DNA of 64,000 bases, from contig CAZIBI010000018.1 in NCBI GenBank assembly GCA_964537215.1, positions 16,122 to 80,121 on the forward strand. Direction: 5' to 3'. This stretch comes from an uncultured Ignavibacteria bacterium (lineage in GTDB: Bacteria; Zixibacteria; MSB-5A5; CAIYYT01). Position numbers and translations under genes: made by a program. This document shows, in pieces, positions 1 to 9,090 of this stretch (positions are counted from its first letter, which is position 1; the number at the start of each line of letters is the position of its first letter). The notes below the pieces were generated by a model that saw nothing but the letters and a program-made list of their open reading frames with translations, was not told where the DNA came from and made no database searches.

Positions 1-2268
1 GGCTGCGATAACCTCGAAGGTATTGCCTCGATCAATTCGAATCATGGCATGCCTTGGGGTCTCTCGGTTGCTTACAATGTCTCTACCGAAGACTATAGCT
101 TCGATATCATCCCATTCACCGCGCTCAATCAGCAAGGTGGAATCAACAGATATGCTGGTTCCTTCAACTTTGATGCATTGGTCGACGATGGATTCGGTGA
201 AGGCCATGTCTTCTTTGTTGACTACGACGGTCTTACCGCCTGGTCAATCAATAACGACTACCAGACCTTCTGGGTAACTCGCGACTTCGGTACCGGCGGT
301 CCGGTCACGTTCGAGGATGTGACAGTCGACATTCCGGCCGAATTCACGGACAATACTGGACATGATTATAACGCACTGGCAATTTGGAAGTCCAAGCTTG
401 CCCGTGCCAGCGTCTGGCAGGATTGGTTGCTCACCCCAGTTGGTGATAACAATGGTATGATGACCTACCTGACTGACCCGTCTTGTTACGACATTTGCGG
501 TGACGACGATCAGTATGCCATCGTGACCATGCAGTACAACAACAACGTCACTATTTCGCCGGAATCACTTATGGTGGCCTGGTGGGATGGTGAAGGTACT
601 TGGCGTACTGAAAACGTCTACTTCCCGTCGACTGTCCGCGGCTTCTACAGAGAAGGCGGCCAGAACTGGGTGCAGTTTGCTGTCACCTGTTTCGGCGACG
701 ATTATGAAGGTGCAGACGATGCGTGGTATTCAGTCGTAAAGCGTACCCAGTACGACGGCACGACTGCTATCCGCAGACTTGAACTGTATCCGTATTGCGA
801 CATCTACACTGGTGGATGGCCGTACTTCCGCTATCAGGCGGTTGAACCCTTCCAGTCGACAATCGATTGGGGTACGCTTGAAGTCTACCTTGACGGCATC
901 CGTATCGAAGACCGGGATGGATATTCCGCTCCGGGAGATCAGCCTGCTATCAAGCATGGTAAGGCTGACAAGACGGCCCTCGAAGATGCCGATAACGTCG
1001 ACATTTGGTATGACGATGTGTCAGGCCAGATTCACGTCTCATTCTACGAGTACTATTACTACGGTGACGACGATGAGTACTATACTTACTCACCGCTTCC
1101 GTGCGGTGCGCACGAACTCTATATTCGTGTCGAAGATACGCAGCATCGTCCGCAATCAATCCGCGATAACTTCACGGTAGATTGCACGCCAGCGGATGTC
1201 GATTTCGACAACGCTTACGTATCCAAGAATCCGACCCTGACCTTCACGATTGACGACACCGGTTCCGGCGTCGATTGGGAATCTGTCCACGTTGATATCT
1301 TCTTCGTAACGAAGGGTGATACCACGGCGGGCGGTCCTGATAATGGCAATCCGAAGGAAAGAGTCGCATTCATCCAGACCTTCTTCCCGGCCCAAATCCA
1401 GGACTACCTCCAGGAGGACGGCAGAACGGTCGTAATTCCGACTCATTATGACCTCGACGACGAGCGTGGCGTGATCGCAGTCATCTATGACGGCGACTAC
1501 AGAAACGAATATCTCGATGACTACAATTACTGCTACTACGGTGATTGTGGTGATCCGTCGGCGTGGGATAACTTCGATCGTTATTACAGCTTCGGCCACG
1601 GTGTTGAAGACTGCGTCGGTAACCATACCGATCCGCACGTCCAATACTTCACCGTCGATTACGATGGAGCCAACATCTCCATGACTTCCAACCCGAACGC
1701 TTGCCCGTTGACCTTCTCAATTGAAGATGACGGCGCCGGTGTTGAGAGCGTTGAAATTCGTGAGAACAATGTCCTCCTCGGTTCAGCCGAAGAGTCCGCC
1801 AGCGATGTCAACGAGAGCGGCGAATGGTACTTTGCGGAATCCGGTAACGGTGGAACGCTGTACTATTGCCCGAGCCTCGGCGTAACCTTCGAAATCAAGG
1901 TTACCGACGAACTTGGCGGAACCAGCACCTTCACCAGCACAAACCAGGGATCATTGGGCGAAGGCTCTGTCTCTGCTTGGGTTGGTCCGAATCCATACGA
2001 TCCTGAATCTGATGACGACTTCAGCATCAACGTCGGTCTTGCTCAAGCTGCCAACGTCGTAGTCCAAATCTACGACTACGCTGGCGGTCTCGTTAAGACC
2101 CTCAACGCTGGTGCCCTCGGAGCCGGTGAAACCCGGATTCCGTGGAACGGAAGAACTGACGGTGGTACAATGGTCGGTACCGGTGCCTACATGGCCCGTG
2201 TCGAAGCCTCCGGTACTAACGGCAGTGCTGCATCAGCTGTGGTCTGGATCGCAGTTGTTGAGAAGTAA
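1..2268 (+). CDS. Large secreted repeat protein with C-terminal T9SS-type (FlgD Ig-like / Por C-terminal) sorting domain; 5' partial (frame open from nt 1)
   Basis: No stop in frame 1 from nt 1 to 2268. Internal ~170 aa tandem duplication (Tyr/Asp-rich 'YYYYGDDDEYYTY...' and 'YCYYGDCGDPSAWDNFDRYY...' blocks, each followed by Ig-like 'PTLTFTIDDTGSGVDWESV' / 'PLTFSIEDDGAGVESVEI' segments). The last ~85 aa ('NPYDPESDDDFSINVGLAQAANVVVQIYDYAGGLVKTL...GTGAYMARVEA') match the architecture of T9SS/FlgD-Ig-like C-terminal domains. Confidence 0.6.
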   Translation, partial: GCDNLEGIASINSNHGMPWGLSVAYNVSTEDYSFDIIPFTALNQQGGINRYAGSFNFDALVDDGFGEGHVFFVDYDGLTAWSINNDYQTFWVTRDFGTGGPVTFEDVTVDIPAEFTDNTGHDYNALAIWKSKLARASVWQDWLLTPVGDNNGMMTYLTDPSCYDICGDDDQYAIVTMQYNNNVTISPESLMVAWWDGEGTWRTENVYFPSTVRGFYREGGQNWVQFAVTCFGDDYEGADDAWYSVVKRTQYDGTTAIRRLELYPYCDIYTGGWPYFRYQAVEPFQSTIDWGTLEVYLDGIRIEDRDGYSAPGDQPAIKHGKADKTALEDADNVDIWYDDVSGQIHVSFYEYYYYGDDDEYYTYSPLPCGAHELYIRVEDTQHRPQSIRDNFTVDCTPADVDFDNAYVSKNPTLTFTIDDTGSGVDWESVHVDIFFVTKGDTTAGGPDNGNPKERVAFIQTFFPAQIQDYLQEDGRTVVIPTHYDLDDERGVIAVIYDGDYRNEYLDDYNYCYYGDCGDPSAWDNFDRYYSFGHGVEDCVGNHTDPHVQYFTVDYDGANISMTSNPNACPLTFSIEDDGAGVESVEIRENNVLLGSAEESASDVNESGEWYFAESGNGGTLYYCPSLGVTFEIKVTDELGGTSTFTSTNQGSLGEGSVSAWVGPNPYDPESDDDFSINVGLAQAANVVVQIYDYAGGLVKTLNAGALGAGETRIPWNGRTDGGTMVGTGAYMARVEASGTNGSAASAVVWIAVVEK

Positions 2269-2359
2269 GAAGGAAGACACACAGAGGGGTCCCGCTAACT
2301 GCGGGACTCCTTTGAATAACTTGAAACTAATGTTTAGTTATAGGAGGGGAGATCTCGAC

Positions 2360-3262
2360 ATGAGAAATCACCTGAAGAAATTTGTGGTCTTCGCCGGTTT
2401 ACTTTCGACTCTCCTGATAGGAGTGAGCGGATCCGCCATAGCTGACGACAATCATGCCTTCCCGATCTTTCGGACGGGTGTGAGTGCTCGTGCTCTGGCG
2501 ATGGGCAGCGCGTACACCGCGGTTGCCGATGACGCTTCCGCCGGATATTGGAATCCGGCCGGATTGACTGGCGTAGAGAAATTCAGCCTTACAACCATGT
2601 TGTCCGACAACATGCGCTATGATCGGCAGTACATGTACGCCGGCCTTGCGTATAATTTCGGTACTGCTGGTTGGGCGGCCTTCAACTGGGTCAATGCCGG
2701 AGTCGATGAGATTCAGGGCGCGACCGGTAGTGGCCTCGACGGAAGCACCTTTAGCGCCGACGACCATGGCTTCCTCTTTAGCTATGGTAACAAGCTCGAC
2801 AAACTGCAAGTAGGCGCGACCCTTAAGGTGGCCTACCAGAAGATCGACACCTACTCAAGCACCGGTGTTGGCTTCGATGCAGGCGTGAAGTTCCTTTTGA
2901 GCGACAACGTCCATCTCGGCGTAGTCGCCCGTGACCTTGGCACCAAGGTTGGCCGCACGTCAGTGCCGGTCTCCTGGCGCGCTGGCGTCGCTGCAATGGC
3001 GTTTGGTGGATTCACCTTCGCTGCCGATGTCCAGAAGGTCCAGCATGCTGACGACGTTACTCTCTATCTCGGTTCCGAGTACGATTATCAATTCGCTGAT
3101 GACTACTTCGCTGCTATCCGCGGCGGCGTGTCTGACGGCGATTTCTCAATCGGCGCCGGCTTGACCGTGATGAGCAGATACTCGATTGATTACGCATACG
3201 TGACGGAAACCCAGGGATTCCTTGGTGAAAATCATCGTGTGTCGTTGTCACTCGCTTTCTAA
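2360..3262 (+). CDS. Outer-membrane beta-barrel protein, PorV/PorQ/PorP-like (FadL-like clan), likely T9SS-associated
   Basis: SD 'AGGAGGGGA' 7-8 nt before ATG at 2360. The longer 2111 ORF overlaps the upstream gene and was rejected. Signal peptide present. N-terminal motif 'ARALAMGSAYTAVADDASAGYWNPAGL' is typical of PorV/PorQ/FadL-like barrels. Ends in aromatic 'SLAF'. About 300 aa. Located immediately downstream of a CTD-bearing cargo protein. Confidence 0.5.
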   Translation: MRNHLKKFVVFAGLLSTLLIGVSGSAIADDNHAFPIFRTGVSARALAMGSAYTAVADDASAGYWNPAGLTGVEKFSLTTMLSDNMRYDRQYMYAGLAYNFGTAGWAAFNWVNAGVDEIQGATGSGLDGSTFSADDHGFLFSYGNKLDKLQVGATLKVAYQKIDTYSSTGVGFDAGVKFLLSDNVHLGVVARDLGTKVGRTSVPVSWRAGVAAMAFGGFTFAADVQKVQHADDVTLYLGSEYDYQFADDYFAAIRGGVSDGDFSIGAGLTVMSRYSIDYAYVTETQGFLGENHRVSLSLAF

Positions 3263-3288
3263 TCTTCTGATTAGAATAGTATAGAAAA

Positions 3289-3326
3289 GACGCCCCGGCC
3301 CGTTAAACGGCTGGGGCGTTTTGTTT
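3289..3326 (+). terminator. Rho-independent terminator after PorV-like gene
   Basis: GC-rich hairpin 'GACGCCCCGGCC-cgttaaac-GGCTGGGGCGT' followed by TTTTGTTT. Confidence 0.6.
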
Positions 3327-3434
3327 CGCTGTCCGGCGCATTATCCGCCTTGTACAGCCCTCTGCGCTTTCCTCTTGCTTCAGTACCGCCATAATGATAT
3401 GATTCTCCCGTACCCTTCGAAAAGGCAGTAATCG

Positions 3435-5843
3435 ATGAAAGAATACCACGATATCGTTGGAATCGAAATTCCCGAAGAACTTCCGCTGCTTCCGCTCATA
3501 TCCGCCGCCATCTTTCCATCGGCGGTAGTCTCAATACAGGTGCGCATCGCGCGATCTCTCGCGTTGCTTGAACAAGAAGTCGAAGAGAATCAAATCATCG
3601 CGACCGCGATCACCAAGAAGGGCATCACTGTCGCTGAATCGCTCAATGACATCCACGAGATCGGCGTTGCCGTTCGAGTCATTTCAAAAGTCAAGATTCC
3701 TAATAACACATACCAATTAGTCATCCAGGGCTTGCGCCGCATCAAGATCACCAAATTGCTCCAGGTCGAGCCATTTATGCGGGCCCAAGTCGAGTGCCTT
3801 CCGCCCGACGCTCCCGGCATCGACGAAAAGCTGTTAATCAAACAAGAAGAAGCGCTCAATCTCTTTCAGCAATTGACCATGCTCGACAACCGCTATCCGC
3901 GCGAGATGGTTCAAATCATGCGTGCGAACACGGAGGATGCCGGACGCTTCGCCGACCTGCTCTCCAGCTACCTCGCATTCGGACTGGGCGAGAAACAGTA
4001 TCTTGTGTCAGCAATCAAGCTCGAGGATCGCTATGAAAGACTTATCCGTTTGATGACAGCCGAACTCCAGAAGATTCAAGTCTCCACCGAAGTAGAAAAT
4101 CAGGTCAAGGTCGACGTCGACCGCACGCAGCGTGAATATTACCTGCGCCAACAAATGGCAGCCATCAAGAAAGCACTTGGCGAGGACGGCGATACCGACA
4201 CACAGATACTTGAATTGCGCAAGAAAATCGATGCCGCCGGTTTGCCGGAGTATGCGCTTACTGTTGCCGAGCGCGAACTGAAACGTCTTTCGGAAATCTC
4301 GGCGATGTCGCCGGAATACAACGTCATTCATACTTACCTCGACTGGATCGTCGAACTCCCTTGGTCAAAAGCGTCGACCGACAATCTCGGAATCAAAGAA
4401 GCGCGTGCGATCCTGGAGGAAGACCATTACGGATTAGAAAAGGTCAAAGAGCGCATACTCGAATTTCTAGCTGTGAGAAATCGCCGCGAGAATCCGCACG
4501 GACCGATCCTGTGTCTCGCGGGTCCTCCGGGAGTCGGCAAGACATCGCTGGGCAAATCGATTGCCCGCGCACTTGGCCGCTGTTTTGTCCGTATCTCCGT
4601 CGGCGGTATGCGCGACGAGGCTGAAATTCGCGGCCACCGGCGCACTTATATCGGCGCCATGCCCGGAAAAATCATTCAGGAAATGCGCAACTGCGGCTTT
4701 ACGAATCCGCTCTTCATGATCGACGAAATCGACAAGATGGGTTCCGACTTCCGCGGCGACCCGTCATCGGCGATGCTCGAAGTTCTCGACCCCGAGCAGA
4801 ACGACACATTCCGCGATCTCTATCTCGATCTGCCGTTCGACTTGAGCAAAGTGTTCTTCATTACAACCGCAAACTTGCTGGAAACAATTCCGGGGCCTCT
4901 GCGCGACCGCATGGAAGTAATCGAAATCTCCGGATATACTTTGATGGAGAAAGTCCAGATTGCCCGGAAGTATTTGATTAAGCGGCAGATGGAATCTACC
5001 GGCCTGAGAGACAACGAATTCGAAATTAGCGACGAAGCAATCAAAGTGATTATCACCGGCTACACCTACGAAGCCGGCGTCCGCAACCTCGAACGCACCA
5101 TCGGCGGCATCTGCCGCAAGTGTGTCGTGAAGATTCTCGAAGGCGCTGTGGCCAGCGTGAAGATCGACGAAGCCGCAGTCGAGGCACTACTCGGCCCGCC
5201 GCGCATTACGTACGATGTTGCCAACCGCCAGCCCGAGGTCGGCGTTGTTACCGGTCTCGCCTGGACTCCGTTCGGCGGCGACATTCTTTTCATCGAGACT
5301 ATTCGCATGCGCGGAAAGGGCACTGTCATAGTCACGGGACAGCTTGGCAATATCATGCAGGAATCAGTCGAAGCCGCTTATTCCTACGTGCGTTCGCGTG
5401 CCGGCGAATTTGGACTCGATCCGGTCATCTTCGAGCAGACCGATGTGCACATTCATTTCCCCATAGGCGCAATTCCCAAGGATGGTCCATCCGCTGGTGT
5501 GGCCGTCACGGTTGCCTTGATATCGCTTTTCACCGAGCAGCCTGTTTATCACACCGTGGCGATGACCGGCGAGGTCAGCCTTCAGGGCAAGGTCTTGCCG
5601 ATTGGCGGTCTTAAGGAAAAATCCCTCGCGGCTTATCGTGCCGGAATCAAAAAGGTGCTGTTCCCAGCGGGAAATATCAAGGACTTGCCGGAAATCCCCG
5701 AGGAAGTGCGCGGTAGTCTCGAATTCGTACCGATCGAAACGATCGATGATGCTCTCGACCAGGCTTTGGCGCGAATCATTCTCCCTTCATTGGATGCAGT
5801 CAGCGCGATCGAAAACTTCAAGAAGAACGAGCGCGGGCAGTAG
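3435..5843 (+). CDS. lon: ATP-dependent Lon protease (La)
   Basis: 802 aa. Walker A 'GPPGVGKTS'. Lon-specific '[27 protein letters not shown]'. Catalytic serine motif '[10 protein letters not shown]' in the C-terminal protease domain. Confidence 0.95.
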   Translation: MKEYHDIVGIEIPEELPLLPLISAAIFPSAVVSIQVRIARSLALLEQEVEENQIIATAITKKGITVAESLNDIHEIGVAVRVISKVKIPNNTYQLVIQGLRRIKITKLLQVEPFMRAQVECLPPDAPGIDEKLLIKQEEALNLFQQLTMLDNRYPREMVQIMRANTEDAGRFADLLSSYLAFGLGEKQYLVSAIKLEDRYERLIRLMTAELQKIQVSTEVENQVKVDVDRTQREYYLRQQMAAIKKALGEDGDTDTQILELRKKIDAAGLPEYALTVAERELKRLSEISAMSPEYNVIHTYLDWIVELPWSKASTDNLGIKEARAILEEDHYGLEKVKERILEFLAVRNRRENPHGPILCLAGPPGVGKTSLGKSIARALGRCFVRISVGGMRDEAEIRGHRRTYIGAMPGKIIQEMRNCGFTNPLFMIDEIDKMGSDFRGDPSSAMLEVLDPEQNDTFRDLYLDLPFDLSKVFFITTANLLETIPGPLRDRMEVIEISGYTLMEKVQIARKYLIKRQMESTGLRDNEFEISDEAIKVIITGYTYEAGVRNLERTIGGICRKCVVKILEGAVASVKIDEAAVEALLGPPRITYDVANRQPEVGVVTGLAWTPFGGDILFIETIRMRGKGTVIVTGQLGNIMQESVEAAYSYVRSRAGEFGLDPVIFEQTDVHIHFPIGAIPKDGPSAGVAVTVALISLFTEQPVYHTVAMTGEVSLQGKVLPIGGLKEKSLAAYRAGIKKVLFPAGNIKDLPEIPEEVRGSLEFVPIETIDDALDQALARIILPSLDAVSAIENFKKNERGQ

Positions 5844-5866
5844 GGGGAGACTCGAGGGACGACAAC

Positions 5867-7387
5867 ATGCCGAGTGACAATGGGCAATGCAAGTTCATAG
5901 CCAGTTCGACCGGCAAGCGATGCAAGAAGCACGCGATTGATGGGCAGGACTTTTGCCCACAACACATTACTGTCGCACTTGCTGCTGAAACGCTTTCAAG
6001 TAGCTTTTGGAAGCGACGCGACATCCTTGTCACCACAATATTCTTCATATTGGGAATTCCCTTCATGATCTACTTTTCCTGTGATTCGGTTACGAAAGAA
6101 GAATTCCCGGGGCTGTTGAGAGACGGCCTTACGGATTTACATATAGTGCCGCCAAGGCGGGCAGAAGACCTCAAATCGCTCTTGACGAAAAAATACGGCG
6201 TAGAAGGCCGAAAGCAATCAGGGGCGATCGATTCAGCAGCCGTGCGATACCTTTCCAAACGTTACGCTGAGGCAGTTGATTCCTATGCCCAGCTTGTCAG
6301 CAATTTTCCACAAGTCGTGGAACTCCGCTTCAATCTTGGATTGTCATACCTCCAATTGAGGCAAAGTATTCCCGCTGCGGAACAATTCAACTTTCTTATT
6401 GAGAGATTTCCAGATGAATTTGATTCATACGTGAACCTCTCTGCGGCGTACATTCAATCCGGTGAATTTCGAAAGGCAATCGAGGTACTTGTGAAGGCTA
6501 GGATAATTGAGCCGAGCGATTACGATATTACGACTAATCTCGGCGTAGCGTACTTCAACGTTAACGATATCGACAATGCAGAAGCAGAATTGCTAACTTC
6601 ATTGAAGCGGAACAAGAATGACTTCATTGCGCTTAGCACCCTTGGCTTAATCCGGGAAAAGCAGAACCGCTTGAAGGAGGCGGAAGACTACCACCGTGCC
6701 TCGGTAAAGTGCAATCCAGCCTCTCCGTTACCTAGAATCAACTTAGCAAATTTGTTATCTGCGAAGGGTGCAAATGCTGAGGCAACACAGGAATACGAAA
6801 CGGCAATTGGTATGGATTCGACGTTGAGTATTGGCTATTACAACTATGGAACCTTTCTAAAGGAATTAGGCAGGTTTGACAGCGCGCAAAAAGTCTTGGA
6901 ACATGCGGTTTCAATCGACTCCAGCTATGTGGAAGCGAATTCAAACTTGGCAATCGTGCACGAACGCCTTGGCAATTTTAGCAAGGCTCGAGCTCTATAT
7001 GATCGGTGCATTCGGATTCGCTCCGACTATTCAATTGCCTATTTTAACCGGGGCTGCCTTTCTCTGGACGAACAAGATTTGGCTGCTGCCAAGAGTGACT
7101 TTCAGATGGCAATAGCTGCTGATAGTACTTTGGGGCCAGCTCACTACAATCTCGCACTGGTATACTCGATCGAAGGCGACTCGAGTGCTACGGAGAAGTC
7201 ATACAAAGACTGTATCAGATTCTACTCGGATTATGCGTCTGCTCATTTCAATCTCGGACTCCTTCTTTCAGGTCAAATGAGGTTTGGTGAAGCGATAGAA
7301 TGCTTCAGAAGAGCCTCCTCATTGGATCAAAGCCTATCTCGAACAACAGATTCGCTTATTGCACTTGCACAGAAAGAAATGTTGTGA
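5867..7387 (+). CDS. TPR-repeat protein with N-terminal Cys-rich segment and one TM helix
   Basis: 506 aa. N-terminus 'CKFIASSTGKRCKKHAIDGQDFCPQH' is zinc-ribbon-like. Hydrophobic helix 'ILVTTIFFILGIPFMIYF'. Then multiple 34-aa TPR-like repeats (A..Y..A. patterns). Starts 24 nt after lon, so possibly co-transcribed. GC visibly lower than neighbours. Confidence 0.7.
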   Translation: MPSDNGQCKFIASSTGKRCKKHAIDGQDFCPQHITVALAAETLSSSFWKRRDILVTTIFFILGIPFMIYFSCDSVTKEEFPGLLRDGLTDLHIVPPRRAEDLKSLLTKKYGVEGRKQSGAIDSAAVRYLSKRYAEAVDSYAQLVSNFPQVVELRFNLGLSYLQLRQSIPAAEQFNFLIERFPDEFDSYVNLSAAYIQSGEFRKAIEVLVKARIIEPSDYDITTNLGVAYFNVNDIDNAEAELLTSLKRNKNDFIALSTLGLIREKQNRLKEAEDYHRASVKCNPASPLPRINLANLLSAKGANAEATQEYETAIGMDSTLSIGYYNYGTFLKELGRFDSAQKVLEHAVSIDSSYVEANSNLAIVHERLGNFSKARALYDRCIRIRSDYSIAYFNRGCLSLDEQDLAAAKSDFQMAIAADSTLGPAHYNLALVYSIEGDSSATEKSYKDCIRFYSDYASAHFNLGLLLSGQMRFGEAIECFRRASSLDQSLSRTTDSLIALAQKEML

Positions 7388-7429
7388 AACTGTGGTAAAT
7401 CCCACCAGGGCAATACAGTCCTCGTAAAT

Positions 7430-7468
7430 GAAAAAGGCAGGAGACTTTGTCTCCTGCCTCTTTTCATT
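7430..7468. terminator. Bidirectional rho-independent terminator between convergent genes
   Basis: AAAAA-GGCAGGAGAC-tttg-TCTCCTGCC-TCTTTTCATT: a hairpin flanked by an A-run and a T-run, between the TPR gene (+) and the OMP gene (-). Confidence 0.6.
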
Positions 7469-7487
7469 CTCCCGAATTGCTAGTCAC

Positions 7488-8855
7488 TTAAAACGAAAAA
7501 TGCGCCCTCATGATGATCGACATATAGCTTTCCGCGTCGGGTCCAGCCCAGTCTTCACTCGGCTTGAAGTAGTTCAACTCCCACGACCAGCCGGTGCGCT
7601 GATGCATATCATAACGAAGGAAGAAATCCAACTCCGTGCCGATCGACTTGCTCGTTTCGTCATCAACTCCTGTTGAGTACTCGACACTCGAGCGTAGCAT
7701 GTGCAGATCCAATCCCGTCTTGAGCTTTTTCGAAGGATAATAGGCGATTCGTCCAATGAGATCAGTCATGCCATAGGCGAGCATTCCGCCGAACAAATCG
7801 GCGCGCCCCAGCGGCTCGTGGCTTGAGCCAAATTGATCCGTCCAAAGTTTGTACTTATCTTCATCCTCGCCATCATCGCCCGAGGTCATGTCGATACCCA
7901 CACCAAACGCGAGCGGGCGTTCATACTCGCCCATATAGAAGAATGCATCCGCCTGCAGCAAGTAAGCGCTAATGTCCTGCTTATCATCGTCGTTTGGTCC
8001 GAATCGGAACTTCCCGGTTTGAAGTCCCAAATTTCCCTCAATGAGCAGATTCTTGCCAATATCAAAGCGGCCGTAGGAGCCGAGCGTGTACAGATGCACG
8101 CGGCGATGCCCGCCAATCATGAAGTTGTCGCGGTCATAATATGCGAACGGCATCAGGCCGATCTTGGGGACAAAGATATTTAATCCCATGAAATCATGGT
8201 CATCGTCGCCGGCAATGGCGTTCTCGTCAACCTTTAAGACCAGCAACTCGCCGCCGAGAGCAGTTCCAAACTCCGGTTGAAAGGTGTCTTTCAAAATTTC
8301 GATCCGCTCGATCCAATTCGGGTCATTCGGATTTTGAACTTCGTCGTAGTGGGTGAACATTTTCTTGTCGCCCAGGTAGAATACGCCGCCATCATAGCTC
8401 CGGCTAATATCCCAGCTCTCGTCGCCGATGATACGCTCGTTCGCCACTTGGTAGCGCATATGCCCGATACGGCCGCCGATATTGCGGCCCAGGCAATCGT
8501 CAACCGAAATGTACATCTGCGATATCGCGACGGTCGGATCGAAAGCGCCCGACGACTCGCCGCCGCCCGATCCCAAAACCTTCCAAGCTTGAAGCTCCAC
8601 CACCCCTTGCTCTTTTTCCTTAGGCAGAATGTTCAGCGTCAGCCGCGTGCGGAAATCGTGGTGCGTGTACGCCGGAGTTTCAAAGAAGTCATTCGTGTAA
8701 TTCAAGCCGTAACGCAAATTACCGTGAACCCGCAACAGGTCGTCCAGATTGATCGTTGTCTCGGATGCGCGGAAAATGTTGTCGACGGCCGCCTGGGTCG
8801 GCGCCGTCGCCAAAGCGACAAACAAGGCAAGAACGAATATTCCTCGATAGCTCAT
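7488..8855 (-). CDS. Outer-membrane beta-barrel protein (porin-like), function unknown
   Basis: The ORF track start (8879) is a TTG. SD GGAGGA lies 9 nt upstream of the ATG at 8855, giving 'MSYRGIFVLALFVALATAPTQA' as signal peptide. The C-terminus ends in 'RAHFSF', a typical beta-barrel terminal aromatic. Alternating hydrophobic beta-strand patterns run throughout. Confidence 0.5.
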   Translation of the reverse strand: MSYRGIFVLALFVALATAPTQAAVDNIFRASETTINLDDLLRVHGNLRYGLNYTNDFFETPAYTHHDFRTRLTLNILPKEKEQGVVELQAWKVLGSGGGESSGAFDPTVAISQMYISVDDCLGRNIGGRIGHMRYQVANERIIGDESWDISRSYDGGVFYLGDKKMFTHYDEVQNPNDPNWIERIEILKDTFQPEFGTALGGELLVLKVDENAIAGDDDHDFMGLNIFVPKIGLMPFAYYDRDNFMIGGHRRVHLYTLGSYGRFDIGKNLLIEGNLGLQTGKFRFGPNDDDKQDISAYLLQADAFFYMGEYERPLAFGVGIDMTSGDDGEDEDKYKLWTDQFGSSHEPLGRADLFGGMLAYGMTDLIGRIAYYPSKKLKTGLDLHMLRSSVEYSTGVDDETSKSIGTELDFFLRYDMHQRTGWSWELNYFKPSEDWAGPDAESYMSIIMRAHFSF

Positions 8856-9021
8856 TTGCATGAATCCTCCTGCTTGCAAAGGTTAGCTTCTGTCGGCCGC
8901 GCGATTCCGGCGCCTGGCCATTTTGTTCTGGCATGATAATTTGTTGTCCTAATATGGCGAACATGGATGAGATTCGTCAACAAAAAATTCGAACGGTCGC
9001 AATGACGAGAAATTAGCATGG

Positions 9022-9050
9022 TTGACTTGCAGGGGCCGGCAGGGTATCTT
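9022..9050 (+). promoter_or_regulatory. Candidate sigma70-type promoter (TTGACT-N17-TATCTT) for the aconitase-family gene
   Basis: TTGACT at 9022-9027 and TATCTT at 9045-9050 with a 17 nt spacer, about 40 nt upstream of the ATG at 9091. Confidence 0.35.
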
Positions 9051-9090
9051 TTGAGCTGACTTTGTCTATTAACTCTGGAGTTCTGCAAAT

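Noticed and set aside
2111-3262. Long version of the PorV-like ORF starting at 2111
   Set aside because: It overlaps the last 158 nt of the upstream gene. The N-terminal extension is low-complexity. A strong SD plus signal peptide sit at the internal ATG at 2360.
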